Shown piece after piece: positions 8,908-17,569 of a DNA stretch of 64,000 bases. Position numbers and translations under genes: made by a program. Under the pieces are notes generated by a model. It had not been told where the DNA came from. It was given only the letters and a program-made list of their open reading frames with translations, and ran no database searches. Position 1 is the stretch's first letter. Each line of letters begins with the position of its first letter. This stretch comes from an uncultured Eubacteriales bacterium (GTDB lineage: Bacteria; Bacillota; Clostridia; Christensenellales; CAG-138): the NCBI GenBank assembly GCA_900545265.1, contig UQYI01000006.1, positions 9,922 to 73,921 on the forward strand. The letters are read 5' to 3'.

Positions 8908-9681
8908 ATGGCCAAAGTGATTGCCATTGCCAACCAAAAAGGCGGAGTGGGGAAGACCACTACCACCGTAAACCTTTCTGCCTGCTGCGCCCAGCTGGGT
9001 AAGCGGGTGCTGCTCATGGATCTGGATCCGCAGGGCAACAGCACCAGCGGACTGGGCATAGATAAGCGTAAAACGGAAAACTCCCTGTACGAAGTCCTTA
9101 TCGATGGGGTGGAACCGGGAGAAGCTCTGGTATCCACCGAAATAGAAACCCTGCGCCTGCTTCCTGCCAGTATCTCTCTGGCCGGGGCAGAGGTGGAGCT
9201 GGTGGCCATGGAGCGCCGGGAACGGCGGCTGCTGGAGGCTGTGGGCCGCCTGCAGGAGGAGTTTGACTATATCTTTATGGATTGCCCTCCCTCTCTGGGT
9301 CTGCTGACGCTCAACGCCCTTACCGCCGCCGATGCACTGCTGATCCCCATCCAGTGCGAATATTTTGCCCTGGAGGGGCTGAGCCAGCTGATGAATACGG
9401 TCAAAATGGTTCGCCGGGGCCTGAATCCGGATCTGGAGATAGAAGGGGTGGTGCTGACCATGTTCGATGCCCGCACCAACCTTTCGGCACAGGTGGTGGC
9501 CGAGGTGAAAAAGTTCTTTATGAGCAAGGTGTTTGATACCATTATTCCCCGCACCGTCCGCCTGGGGGAGGCGCCCAGCTATGGACAGCCTATCTCCCTG
9601 TATGCCCCCAAAAGCGTGGGAGCGCAGGCTTATGAATCACTGGCCCGGGAACTGGTAGACCGGGAAGAAAAACAGGCATAA
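8908..9681 (+). CDS. soj: Chromosome partitioning ATPase ParA/Soj
   Basis: Deviant Walker A KGGVGKTTTTVNL and DLDPQGN. Start MAKVIAIANQ at 8908. The upstream part of the track ORF is repeat/intergenic read-through. Confidence 0.95.
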   Translation: MAKVIAIANQKGGVGKTTTTVNLSACCAQLGKRVLLMDLDPQGNSTSGLGIDKRKTENSLYEVLIDGVEPGEALVSTEIETLRLLPASISLAGAEVELVAMERRERRLLEAVGRLQEEFDYIFMDCPPSLGLLTLNALTAADALLIPIQCEYFALEGLSQLMNTVKMVRRGLNPDLEIEGVVLTMFDARTNLSAQVVAEVKKFFMSKVFDTIIPRTVRLGEAPSYGQPISLYAPKSVGAQAYESLARELVDREEKQA

Positions 9682-9699
9682 ACGGGAAAGGAGCATACC

Positions 9700-10557
9700 A
9701 TGGCCGCAAAGCAGATGAAAAAAGGATTGGGCCGGGGGCTGGATGCCCTTATGGAAAGTGTGGAGACCCAGGAGCATCAGGGCAAAGTGCTGACCCTGTC
9801 CGTGTATGAGATAGACACCAACCCGGATCAGCCCCGGAAAACCTTTGATGAAGAAAAGCTGGCAGAGCTGGCGGAAAGCATTCGCCGCCACGGCATCGTG
9901 CAGCCATTGGTGGTAGCGCCCAAGGGGCAGCGGTATATTATCGTAGCCGGAGAGCGCCGGTTCCGGGCTGCCCGGCTGGCCGGGCTGAAAACCGTTCCCG
10001 CTATCTGCATGGAGGCAGAGGAGGGAGCCCTGCAGGAGGTCAGCCTCATAGAGAATATCCAGCGGGAGGATCTGAACCCGGTGGAAGAAGCCGCCGCCAT
10101 CCGTTTTCTGATGGAACAGCATGACCTGACTCAGGAGGAGGTGGCCCAGCGCATCAGCAAGAGCCGCCCGGTGGTGGCCAATTCGCTGCGGCTGCTGACC
10201 CTGCCCAAAAGCATCCAGACCCTTATGAAGGAAGGGAAGCTTTCCGCCGGTCACGGCAAAATACTGGCCGGGCTGGAGGATAAAAAGCAGGCCGAAGAGC
10301 TGGGCAAACGGGCGGCGGAAGAGAACTGGAGCGTCCGCCGGCTGGAGGATACCCTCCGTTTACTGAATGCCAACAGGAGCCGTAAAAAAGCCGGGGATCC
10401 CTATCTGCGGCGTATGGCCGGAGCATTCCGCAGCCGGCTGGGAGCCAGAGTGGCCATCAACGGGGATCAGCAGAAGGGAAAGATCGTTATCTCCTACTAT
10501 TCTCCGGAGGATCTGGACGCCATTTACGAAGCCATTCTCGGCCGGGAGGAGGAGTAA
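9700..10557 (+). CDS. spo0J: Chromosome partitioning protein ParB/Spo0J
   Basis: ParB box DQPRKTFDEEKLAELAESIRRHGIVQPLVV, arginine patch GERRFRAA and an HTH region. Confidence 0.95.
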   Translation: MAAKQMKKGLGRGLDALMESVETQEHQGKVLTLSVYEIDTNPDQPRKTFDEEKLAELAESIRRHGIVQPLVVAPKGQRYIIVAGERRFRAARLAGLKTVPAICMEAEEGALQEVSLIENIQREDLNPVEEAAAIRFLMEQHDLTQEEVAQRISKSRPVVANSLRLLTLPKSIQTLMKEGKLSAGHGKILAGLEDKKQAEELGKRAAEENWSVRRLEDTLRLLNANRSRKKAGDPYLRRMAGAFRSRLGARVAINGDQQKGKIVISYYSPEDLDAIYEAILGREEE

Positions 10558-10607
10558 GCCTTCTTTGCACCTGACATGGAGCAGGGCTTTTAACGAAACA
10601 TATTTAT

Positions 10608-10646
10608 AGCTCCCGGTTTTCCGGGAGTTATTTTTGTGGTTTTTTT
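10608..10646 (+). terminator. Rho-independent terminator after parB
   Basis: AGCTCCCGG tttt CCGGGAGTT followed by TTTTTGTGGTTTTTTT. Confidence 0.7.
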
Positions 10647-10740
10647 CGGAGGATCCCGGCCGGGACAGCGCTTTCACATATCTGCGCTCAACCAGGCAGG
10701 GGGCGCCGCAATACGAAGTCAGGTGTGTATACGCAGCCCC

Positions 10741-10827
10741 GGGGCGCACGTTCCGGCGGCTCTGCCGCCGGAACTCTGCGGGGCGGCTGCCCCGCAGGCG
10801 TGCCCTCCGGGCACGCAGTGCGCCCCC
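10741..10827 (+). repeat. Family A cloverleaf repeat, copy A4
   Basis: Full consensus. Hairpin 3 is extended by a C-G pair (GCGTGCCC-tcc-GGGCACGC). GTATAC at 10727-10732. Confidence 0.9.
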
Positions 10828-10863
10828 GCCCTCGCTTCCCACCCGCTCCTTCCTTTTCACATA

Positions 10864-10879
10864 TGTTCCACGTGAAACA
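10864..10879. promoter_or_regulatory. parS: parS centromere-like site 3
   Basis: TGTTCCACGTGAAACA, an exact match to the B. subtilis-type parS consensus. Confidence 0.9.
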
Positions 10880-11003
10880 GTCCCTTTCCCAACGCCGGAG
10901 AGAAAATGTATATCAATTTCTCCGGAGCCGTTGCGGCCTTTGTCCTTTTATGCTACAATACATCCCATATATATATGGAAGAATAAGGAGATTTTTAAGA
11001 TAT

Positions 11004-13559
11004 ATGCGCAGAAAATGGATGGCCTGGGCTATGTGCCTGCTGATGCTGGCAGGTCTGTGCCTGTACGGCCCTGCAGCCCATGCAGAAGAAGCTACCGACG
11101 CCTGCACCTACACCGTGCCCAAGGATACGGAAGCAGCCTGGCTGACGGATGAGCGGGTGCTCAGCCGGGTGAACGTCCCCAAGGGGAAAAACATCGTCCT
11201 CTCCCTGCCGGAGATGGCCGCCCCAACTCTCTATGCCGTGTGGTATGCCCGTCCCGTCTCTCTGACGCTTATAGAAAAGGATGCCGCCGGGCAGGAGATC
11301 GCTTCCCGGGAACTGACCCCCGCATCCCTGTACGAAAGCTATTCCCTGACTCCCGGCTGTGTTCAGGCAGAGCTGAAGGCCGGAGCGGAGGGCTACAGCC
11401 TTTCCACCCTGCGGGTCTTTGACGGCCCCATAGACGAAAGCCTGCCCTGCTATGATCCCGCCGCCCCGGCAGAGGGAGATGTACTGCTGATCTGCGGGGA
11501 GCCTCACAGTATGCTGGAGGATTTCGGCGCCCTGCTGCCCTATTGCACAGAGGGGCTGGATCTTTCCGTTTCCGTGGTCTTTGCCCATATGGGCACCCGG
11601 AAGGAGCTTCACGAAGCCGTCAATGCCCTGTGGGAGATGGGGCTGCATACCGCCCCGCTGGTGGGCGCCTTTGCCGACGATGATATAAACGAGTATAAAA
11701 ACGTGGTCAAAAAGTGGACGGAGAAACGCACCAAAGAGTTTCTCACCGCCTGCATCCGCCGGGTAAAGCCCCGGATCGTCCTTGCCGGGGATCTGCAAGG
11801 CAAAGAACCCCGGAGCCGCTTTACGGCGGAGATGACTGTAGAAAGCTGGAAGCTGGCTTCTCAGCAGGGGCAGTATCCGGATTCGGCCGCCGCTTACGGC
11901 GTTCATACCCCGGATAAGCTGTATACCCTCTCCGCCGCCGGGGGTACCACGGTGGATATGTCCGGCCTGACAGCGGGCGAAGAGACCCTTCTGACGGAAA
12001 CCGCCCGGACCGCCTACCGCTGCTTCGCTTCCCGGCAGATGTACCATATTCCTCTGCCGGAAAAACTGACTCTGTCCTTACAGGAGACCGGTGTGGGTCA
12101 GGATGCCAATAAGGACAGCCTGCTGGAGCATGTGGATACCGCCGGGCTCCGGCAATACGAAAACCGGCTGACGCCCCCTGTCACGCCTACTCCCGTCCCC
12201 ACGGATACGCCTGTTCCCACGGATACCCCCGTTCCTACGGATACGCCTGCACCGGAGGAAACCGCCGCTCCTCAGACCGACCCGGTCCCTGCGGAGACCC
12301 CCGTACCGCCGGAAGCCGCAGGGCAGCTGGCCCTGGAAAAGTTTGCGGGCAGCCCGCATACGGGAACCATTTTGATCGTGGGTCTGCTGGCCGCCGCTCT
12401 GCTGGGAGCCGCTCTGTATTTTGTAAAACGTTTTTACCGTAAAAAACTCCCTGTGACCGCTCTGTGGGCACTGCCCCTGCTCATCGGTCTGCTGACGGCG
12501 GTGCTGGCCGCTTATGATGTGTTTGCGCAGGGGGCCATGGTGCAGCGGCAGGCCATAGAAGCGGCGCAAAAAGCCACTCCCGTGCCTACCCCGGTACCCA
12601 CGGATACCCCTGCTCCCACAAATACACCTGCGCCTACGGATACACCGGCCCCCACACAGACTCCTGCTCCGTCTCCTGCAGAAACGCCTCTTCCCGAGAA
12701 AAATGCGGAGCTGACAGACTTTGACCGGCACTTTTTGAACGACGGTACCACGGAGCTGGTGGAGAAGAATGACGAGGAGGCGGGGGAATGGATCTATCGC
12801 AGCGATATTCTGGCCGTGGAGATCACCCGCAAGACCATTACGCTGGACGAGGAACCCCTGACCTATTATGCAGCCCATATCTATCAGCGGGAGTTTGATT
12901 CCTTCCGGCCCGCTTTTGCCACGGATAAAAAGACCGGCACGGAAACGGCTGCGGCACAGGATATGGTCAAACGCTACCGGGCCGTACTGTGGATCACCGG
13001 GGATAACATCATCCATGCGGAAAAGGAAAAGAAGGGCGTTCTTATCCGCAACGGACGCATCTACAGCAAGAACCGGGCGGTGGATACGCTGGCTCTGTAC
13101 AGCGATACCCTTTCCATGGAGATAGTGCCCAAAAGCCGCACGGCGGAGTATATCCTCTCCAGCGGCGCAGAAAACACCTATTCTTTCTTCCACGGTCCCA
13201 AGCTGCTGGTGGACGGGGAGATCCATAAGGACGCTTACCGCACCACCCAGAAGAACCCGCGCTGCGGCGTAGGGCAGGTGGCTCCGGGGCATTTTGTGGC
13301 CATAGTGGCCGACGGCCGGCAGAAAGGCTACAGCAGCGGCGCCCGGCTGAGTCAGTTTGCCCAGCTGTTTAAGGACGAAGGCTGCACCCTGGCCTTTAAT
13401 CTGGACGGCGGCGTTTCCACAGCCATGTTCTTTATGGGCAAAATGATCAACCGGGTGGAGGATAACGGCAAGACCGGCTATGAAGCCTCCTGGCTGCGGG
13501 CAGTGCCTGACGGGCTGGTGTGGGGCTATACCAACCTGCCCGGCTATTTTGAAAACTGA
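11004..13559 (+). CDS. Large envelope protein: signal peptide, LmbE/PIG-L-like domain with degenerate motif, Pro/Thr linkers, two TM helices, C-terminal phosphodiester glycosidase (NAGPA/DUF2233-like) domain
   Basis: Start MRRKWMAWAMCLLMLAGLCLYGPAAHA at 11004. C-terminus GVGQVAPGHFVAIVADGRQKGYSSG...AFNLDGGVSTAMFF is typical of phosphodiester glycosidases. The N-terminal 93 residues of the track ORF are repeat A4/parS read-through. Confidence 0.75.
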   Translation: MRRKWMAWAMCLLMLAGLCLYGPAAHAEEATDACTYTVPKDTEAAWLTDERVLSRVNVPKGKNIVLSLPEMAAPTLYAVWYARPVSLTLIEKDAAGQEIASRELTPASLYESYSLTPGCVQAELKAGAEGYSLSTLRVFDGPIDESLPCYDPAAPAEGDVLLICGEPHSMLEDFGALLPYCTEGLDLSVSVVFAHMGTRKELHEAVNALWEMGLHTAPLVGAFADDDINEYKNVVKKWTEKRTKEFLTACIRRVKPRIVLAGDLQGKEPRSRFTAEMTVESWKLASQQGQYPDSAAAYGVHTPDKLYTLSAAGGTTVDMSGLTAGEETLLTETARTAYRCFASRQMYHIPLPEKLTLSLQETGVGQDANKDSLLEHVDTAGLRQYENRLTPPVTPTPVPTDTPVPTDTPVPTDTPAPEETAAPQTDPVPAETPVPPEAAGQLALEKFAGSPHTGTILIVGLLAAALLGAALYFVKRFYRKKLPVTALWALPLLIGLLTAVLAAYDVFAQGAMVQRQAIEAAQKATPVPTPVPTDTPAPTNTPAPTDTPAPTQTPAPSPAETPLPEKNAELTDFDRHFLNDGTTELVEKNDEEAGEWIYRSDILAVEITRKTITLDEEPLTYYAAHIYQREFDSFRPAFATDKKTGTETAAAQDMVKRYRAVLWITGDNIIHAEKEKKGVLIRNGRIYSKNRAVDTLALYSDTLSMEIVPKSRTAEYILSSGAENTYSFFHGPKLLVDGEIHKDAYRTTQKNPRCGVGQVAPGHFVAIVADGRQKGYSSGARLSQFAQLFKDEGCTLAFNLDGGVSTAMFFMGKMINRVEDNGKTGYEASWLRAVPDGLVWGYTNLPGYFEN
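12198..12251 (+). repeat. 3 x 18-bp tandem repeat encoding (PTDTPV)n linker
   Basis: CCCACGGATACGCCTGTT / CCCACGGATACCCCCGTT / CCTACGGATACGCCTGCA. Confidence 0.8.
12597..12668 (+). repeat. 4 x 18-bp tandem repeat encoding (PT[DNQ]TPA)n linker
   Basis: CCCACGGATACCCCTGCT / CCCACAAATACACCTGCG / CCTACGGATACACCGGCC / CCCACACAGACTCCTGCT. Confidence 0.8.
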
Positions 13560-13578
13560 TTTAAGGAAAGAAAAAAAC

Positions 13579-14085
13579 GTGCTGCGTTCTGTATTTCCGT
13601 CGGAAAGCAACAGGGAGGACGTGCTCGCTTTTTACGCCGCCTTTGAAAAGAACGGCGGTCAGTGCATCGGCTGCAAATACGGCAAAGACTATGTCCTGTG
13701 GCTGACGGATATGCAGAACCGCCGGGCAGGCAAAAATCTGCCCCAGGGGTATGTGCAGGAAAATTTCTATCTCTGCTACAGCGGAGAAGAGATGGTGGGC
13801 GTGTGCAGCCTGAAGCTGGAGCTGACCGAATACCTGCTCCAATACGGAGGGCATGTGGGGTATGCGGTGCACCCTGCCCTGCAAAACAGGGGCTATGGTA
13901 CGGAGACATTGGCGCAAACCCTGCGCATCGCCAGAGAGCCGGGCTTTCACCGGCTGCTGTGCGTGTGTGACGAAGATAATTACGCTTCCGAAAAAATCAT
14001 TCTGAAGAACGGAGGCGTGCTGGAAAATACCCTTTATGACCCGGAGGAGGCCGTTACCGTAAAAAGATACTGGATCGACCTGTAA
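13579..14085 (+). CDS. GNAT family N-acetyltransferase
   Basis: Acetyl-CoA binding pattern VHPALQNRGYGTE. Start assumed at GTG 13579, after AAGGAAAG. The ATG at 13480 would overlap the upstream gene by 80 nt. Confidence 0.7.
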   Translation: MLRSVFPSESNREDVLAFYAAFEKNGGQCIGCKYGKDYVLWLTDMQNRRAGKNLPQGYVQENFYLCYSGEEMVGVCSLKLELTEYLLQYGGHVGYAVHPALQNRGYGTETLAQTLRIAREPGFHRLLCVCDEDNYASEKIILKNGGVLENTLYDPEEAVTVKRYWIDL

Positions 14086-14132
14086 ACCGCCTTTCCGCAT
14101 CACCTCATTCATGGAAAGGAAAGGTATGGAAC

Positions 14133-14606
14133 ATGCATGTAGAACTCTATTCGGAAAAGTATCATGAAGAGGCCGTCGCTCTTATTCTTGATATACAGAA
14201 TAACGAGGCAAAGATCGGTCTTTCGTTGGAAGAACAGCCGGATCTGCTTCATATAGATGCATCCTACCGTGAAAAGGGCGGGGCATTCTGGCTGGCTCTG
14301 GAGAAAGGGGAGATGATCGGCACCCTGGGTCTTATGCGCAAAGAGCAGCAATGCGCCGTTATGAAAAAGTTCTTTGTAAAAAAGGAGTTCCGTTCCCAAA
14401 AGGTAGGGGCCGCCCTGTATAAGGAACTGCTGGCTTTTGCAAAGGAGACGGGTATCCGGCATATTCTGCTGGATACGCCTTCCGTAGCCCATGCATCCCA
14501 CCGGTTTTATGAAAAAGCCGGGTTCCGCCGCATTTCCGCTGCACAGCTGCCCATTCCCTATACCTATCCGGACAGAGACAGCCTGCTGTATCTGCTGGAG
14601 CTGTAA
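14133..14606 (+). CDS. GNAT family N-acetyltransferase
   Basis: FFVKKEFRSQKVGAALY (Q/RxxGxG/A-like) motif and 157 aa GNAT-size protein. Confidence 0.8.
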   Translation: MHVELYSEKYHEEAVALILDIQNNEAKIGLSLEEQPDLLHIDASYREKGGAFWLALEKGEMIGTLGLMRKEQQCAVMKKFFVKKEFRSQKVGAALYKELLAFAKETGIRHILLDTPSVAHASHRFYEKAGFRRISAAQLPIPYTYPDRDSLLYLLEL

Positions 14607-14656
14607 CCACACCTGCCGCAAAACACCCCATACAATATTCTAAACAGGAGGAGACC

Positions 14657-15040
14657 ATGGACTACTTAAAACTGGTAAGAAAAACGATCATAGTGCTGCT
14701 TCTGGGGATGTGCATAACCGCCCTTGTCATGCTGGGTCTGCCCAGGCTGGCGGTGACCCTTGTCCCGGCAGACAGCGGGATGCTGGTGAGCCTGCTGCTG
14801 TTCCTTGCGGTAAATCCGCTGTATGCCGTTTTGGTGGGTCTTGTATCGGCCGCCAATCCAAAGGTTTTGTGGCTCCTGCCCCTTGCGGTGGCGGAGATGT
14901 TCGTCCTTGGGGCCATGCTGGCTTTTGAGCGTGCGGATCCGTCCTTTTTCCTGTATGCGGGGATCTATCTGCTGCTGGGCATAGGCTTCATGCTGCTTAG
15001 AGTGTTCTGGAAGAAAGAGCGGCAGCAGGCGGCGGCCTGA
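14657..15040 (+). CDS. Small integral membrane protein (4 predicted TM helices)
   Basis: Hydrophobic segments throughout. RBS AGGAGGAG lies upstream of the ATG at 14657. Confidence 0.6.
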   Translation: MDYLKLVRKTIIVLLLGMCITALVMLGLPRLAVTLVPADSGMLVSLLLFLAVNPLYAVLVGLVSAANPKVLWLLPLAVAEMFVLGAMLAFERADPSFFLYAGIYLLLGIGFMLLRVFWKKERQQAAA

Positions 15041-15063
15041 GAAATCCGTTCCAAAAGAATTTG

Positions 15064-15097
15064 CAGCTCCCCTGTCCGGGGAGCTTTTTGCGTTTTT
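15064..15097 (+). terminator. Rho-independent terminator
   Basis: AGCTCCCC tgtcc GGGGAGCT followed by TTTTGCGTTTTT. Confidence 0.7.
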
Positions 15098-15131
15098 ATG
15101 CTGCCCCGGAAAAGCGCTGTATACGCACCCC

Positions 15132-15214
15132 GGGGCGCACGTTCCGGCGGCTTGCCGCCGGAACTCTGCGGGGCATTGCCCCGCAGGCGTGCCTTTCGGC
15201 ACGCAGTGCGCCCC
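15132..15214 (+). repeat. Family A cloverleaf repeat, copy A5
   Basis: Full consensus with loops cttg / att / tttc. GTATAC at 15119-15124. Confidence 0.9.
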
Positions 15215-15298
15215 GCCCCTGCTTCCCGCACAGGCCCCATGGGCGGCGGGAACCTTTCCCACGGCAGCCGGAAAAGAGGGCAAAAGCTGCTCCCACGC

Positions 15299-15328
15299 AA
15301 AAAACGGACGGTCTCCCGTCCGTTTTTT
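15299..15328 (-). terminator. Strong bidirectional terminator immediately after the capsid-gene stump
   Basis: AAAAAACGGACGG tctc CCGTCCGTTTTTT. Confidence 0.8.
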
Positions 15329-15336
15329 CTTCTCCC

Positions 15337-15513
15337 TTATCGAAGGGAAAAGCTCCTGTCCCGGCGCAAAGGGCCTCCGCTGTGCCGGGGCAGGGAGCGT
15401 TTCTGGCCGAAGTTGGCGTGTACCAGCCGGGTCTTGGCTGTGTCCAAAAGCTTCCTGTCATAAAAAGTCTTGTTGAAATATGCGTTTTCCTGAGTAGAAA
15501 GGGTTGTATTCAT
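15337..15513 (-). pseudogene. 5' stump (58 codons) of a phage major capsid protein gene
   Basis: Not in the ORF track (<60 aa). Hand translation gives MNTTLSTQENAYFNKTFYDRKLLDTAKTRLVHANFGQKRSLPRHSGGPLRRDRSFSLR*. The Y(Y/F)D.KLLD.A...LVH..FGQK..LP...G pattern matches N-termini of N4-gp56/HK97-like capsid proteins. RBS AAGGAGG. Confidence 0.55.
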
Positions 15514-15531
15514 AGAGTACCTCCTTGATGA

Positions 15532-15936
15532 TCACTTTCTGGTGGAAGGGCTACGGCGTTTCATCATGGCTTCCAAAGCCCGGAAGGCTTCAGGACTCAT
15601 GCTCATATAATCCTCCTGGGGCGCCAAAGCCCGGTTGGCACGGGTGGGGCGGGGGAGCTCCTGCCGGGTCTGGGCGGCCAGGGTCAGTTCCTCCATGACG
15701 TCTGCCCGGGCGTTTTGGGCGGCCTGCTCCGCCTGATATACCCGCAGGGCAGCATAGGCAGGCAGTTCCGTAAGCAGGGCGGCAAAGGCCGGGTCCTGGC
15801 AGACCTCCTCCAGCTCCAGCCCCTGGGGAAACTTATCCTGCCGCACCAGCTCCATCAGTTCTTCTATCGCCTGGGCAAAGGACGTTTCCTGTTGGGAGGG
15901 TTCCTGTTGAACAGGACTGCGTTTGAATAGATTCAT
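15532..15936 (-). CDS. Probable phage scaffolding or minor head protein
   Basis: Position between portal and capsid genes. Helical, charged and Q/E/A-rich 134 aa protein. No specific motif recognised. Confidence 0.45.
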   Translation of the reverse strand: MNLFKRSPVQQEPSQQETSFAQAIEELMELVRQDKFPQGLELEEVCQDPAFAALLTELPAYAALRVYQAEQAAQNARADVMEELTLAAQTRQELPRPTRANRALAPQEDYMSMSPEAFRALEAMMKRRSPSTRK

Positions 15937-15939
15937 GAT

Positions 15940-17547
15940 TTACCTCCGGATAAAATTGTGTATCTTGCGGTTCTTTTTTACGGGCGCCGCTTCACCGGCA
16001 TCCCGGTCCATGACCTTGAGCACCTGTTCCTTGCCTTCAAAAAGCATGAGCTCCACGGCCTGCCTGGGGCGCAGGGCCCCCATCTGCATCAGCTGCAATA
16101 CCAGCTCGTTCTGTGCGGCTGCGGCAAATTTGTTCTGCCGGCTGGCCTTGACAGAGATGAAAAACTCCATGGGCAGGGCCCGTTCTTTGGTGGGCAGCAG
16201 CTGGGCGCTGTCAAACAGACATTCCCGGCTCTCCCCGTTTTCCGTGATGGTCACGGGCCGCAGGTAGAAGTTAAACTCCCGTTCCACCTCTATCTCCATG
16301 CGCACTGCCTGCCGGAAGGCTTCGTGAAGCTGCTCCGTGGCCATGCGGGCCCGCTTGGTGCTGGCCTCCTGCAAAGCCTGAATGGCGCTGGCGGCGGTGA
16401 CTCCCTGGCGGAAGTTCCCCCGACTGGAATCGTTGGCGCCGCTCTCCTCCTTGATGTCCTCCCGGATCCTGCCGATGTAGCCAAGCAGATAACTGGGCAG
16501 GGGCGGGGTAGAGAACCAGGTGATGCCGTTCAGGCTCTCGCCCCGGTGAACCTCTTTGGACCAGTCCTTCAGATCCTCCTCGTCAAAGCCGGAGCTCTGG
16601 GTCACCAGCAGCTTGTTGCGGCTGGCCATAAAGGCATTTTTCAGCACGATCTGATCCAGCTTGTCTGCATAGCGCTGCTGCTTTTCAAACAGATCCACTA
16701 TGCCAAAGCCCAGACAGCTGCCCTTGCGCACATACAGCGGGGTCAATACAAAGGGGTACTGGCCGTGAGCAAAGTAGCCCTCCGGCTTTTGCCGGCGGCT
16801 GTCCTCCAGCACAGCGCCCCCGCACAGCAGGGCCATATGCACCTGGCTGCGGCCGTTTTTATCGGGCGGGGTTTTCCACCAGTATTCCAGCAGGAGCAGG
16901 GCGTCCCGGCGGTCGGCAGTCAGGGTCTCGTCCATGGGCGCATCGGCGCAGGCATAGGCGTCCTCTCCGATGAAGGGAGCCTTCTCCGGGTAGCGTTCCT
17001 CTATCCACTGCCGGGAGCGGATGGAGAATTTGAACACTGCCCGTCCCTCCTGCATATCGTCGCACAGGGGGTCAAAGAGGATGCTCCGATTATCTACACT
17101 GCGGATGTAGGCGCCGCCCAGGCCGTTGTTCAGGGCGGGGTCATAGCCCACCTCCTGAACGCAGTAGCCCCCCACCAGAAGATCGTGGACCAGCTTCCTG
17201 TATTCCAATGGATAGCCGGATACATCGTGGTTCCGGGCAATGACCGCTTCCACCACCCGGGCCACATGGCTGTCGGCCCCGCTTTCCGGGGTGATAAGAG
17301 CCTGAGGGCATTGATCCATCAGATCGGCGCTTACGTTTTCAATGGTGCTCTGGATCACCGGGGTCACGGGCCGGGGCTCGTGGGGGTCTGTCTGGGGCAC
17401 ATCGTACCAGTGATCCCCCCGGTACATCCTTTCGTTGTTTTCCAGCCGCTGCCATTCCCGCATATATGCGCTGCGGTAAGCGGCAAAGAGTGCATAGGCC
17501 TGTTGGGCAAGAAGTTTTTCGCCCGGGGCCGTATCCTTTCTGTTCAT
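15940..17547 (-). CDS. Phage portal protein
   Basis: 535 aa, located directly after the large terminase gene. N-terminal WQRLENNERMYRGDHW and overall layout resemble SPP1-Gp6-like portals. Confidence 0.75.
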   Translation of the reverse strand: MNRKDTAPGEKLLAQQAYALFAAYRSAYMREWQRLENNERMYRGDHWYDVPQTDPHEPRPVTPVIQSTIENVSADLMDQCPQALITPESGADSHVARVVEAVIARNHDVSGYPLEYRKLVHDLLVGGYCVQEVGYDPALNNGLGGAYIRSVDNRSILFDPLCDDMQEGRAVFKFSIRSRQWIEERYPEKAPFIGEDAYACADAPMDETLTADRRDALLLLEYWWKTPPDKNGRSQVHMALLCGGAVLEDSRRQKPEGYFAHGQYPFVLTPLYVRKGSCLGFGIVDLFEKQQRYADKLDQIVLKNAFMASRNKLLVTQSSGFDEEDLKDWSKEVHRGESLNGITWFSTPPLPSYLLGYIGRIREDIKEESGANDSSRGNFRQGVTAASAIQALQEASTKRARMATEQLHEAFRQAVRMEIEVEREFNFYLRPVTITENGESRECLFDSAQLLPTKERALPMEFFISVKASRQNKFAAAAQNELVLQLMQMGALRPRQAVELMLFEGKEQVLKVMDRDAGEAAPVKKNRKIHNFIRR

Positions 17548-17569
17548 GTATCTCCTTTCTGCACGGGGG

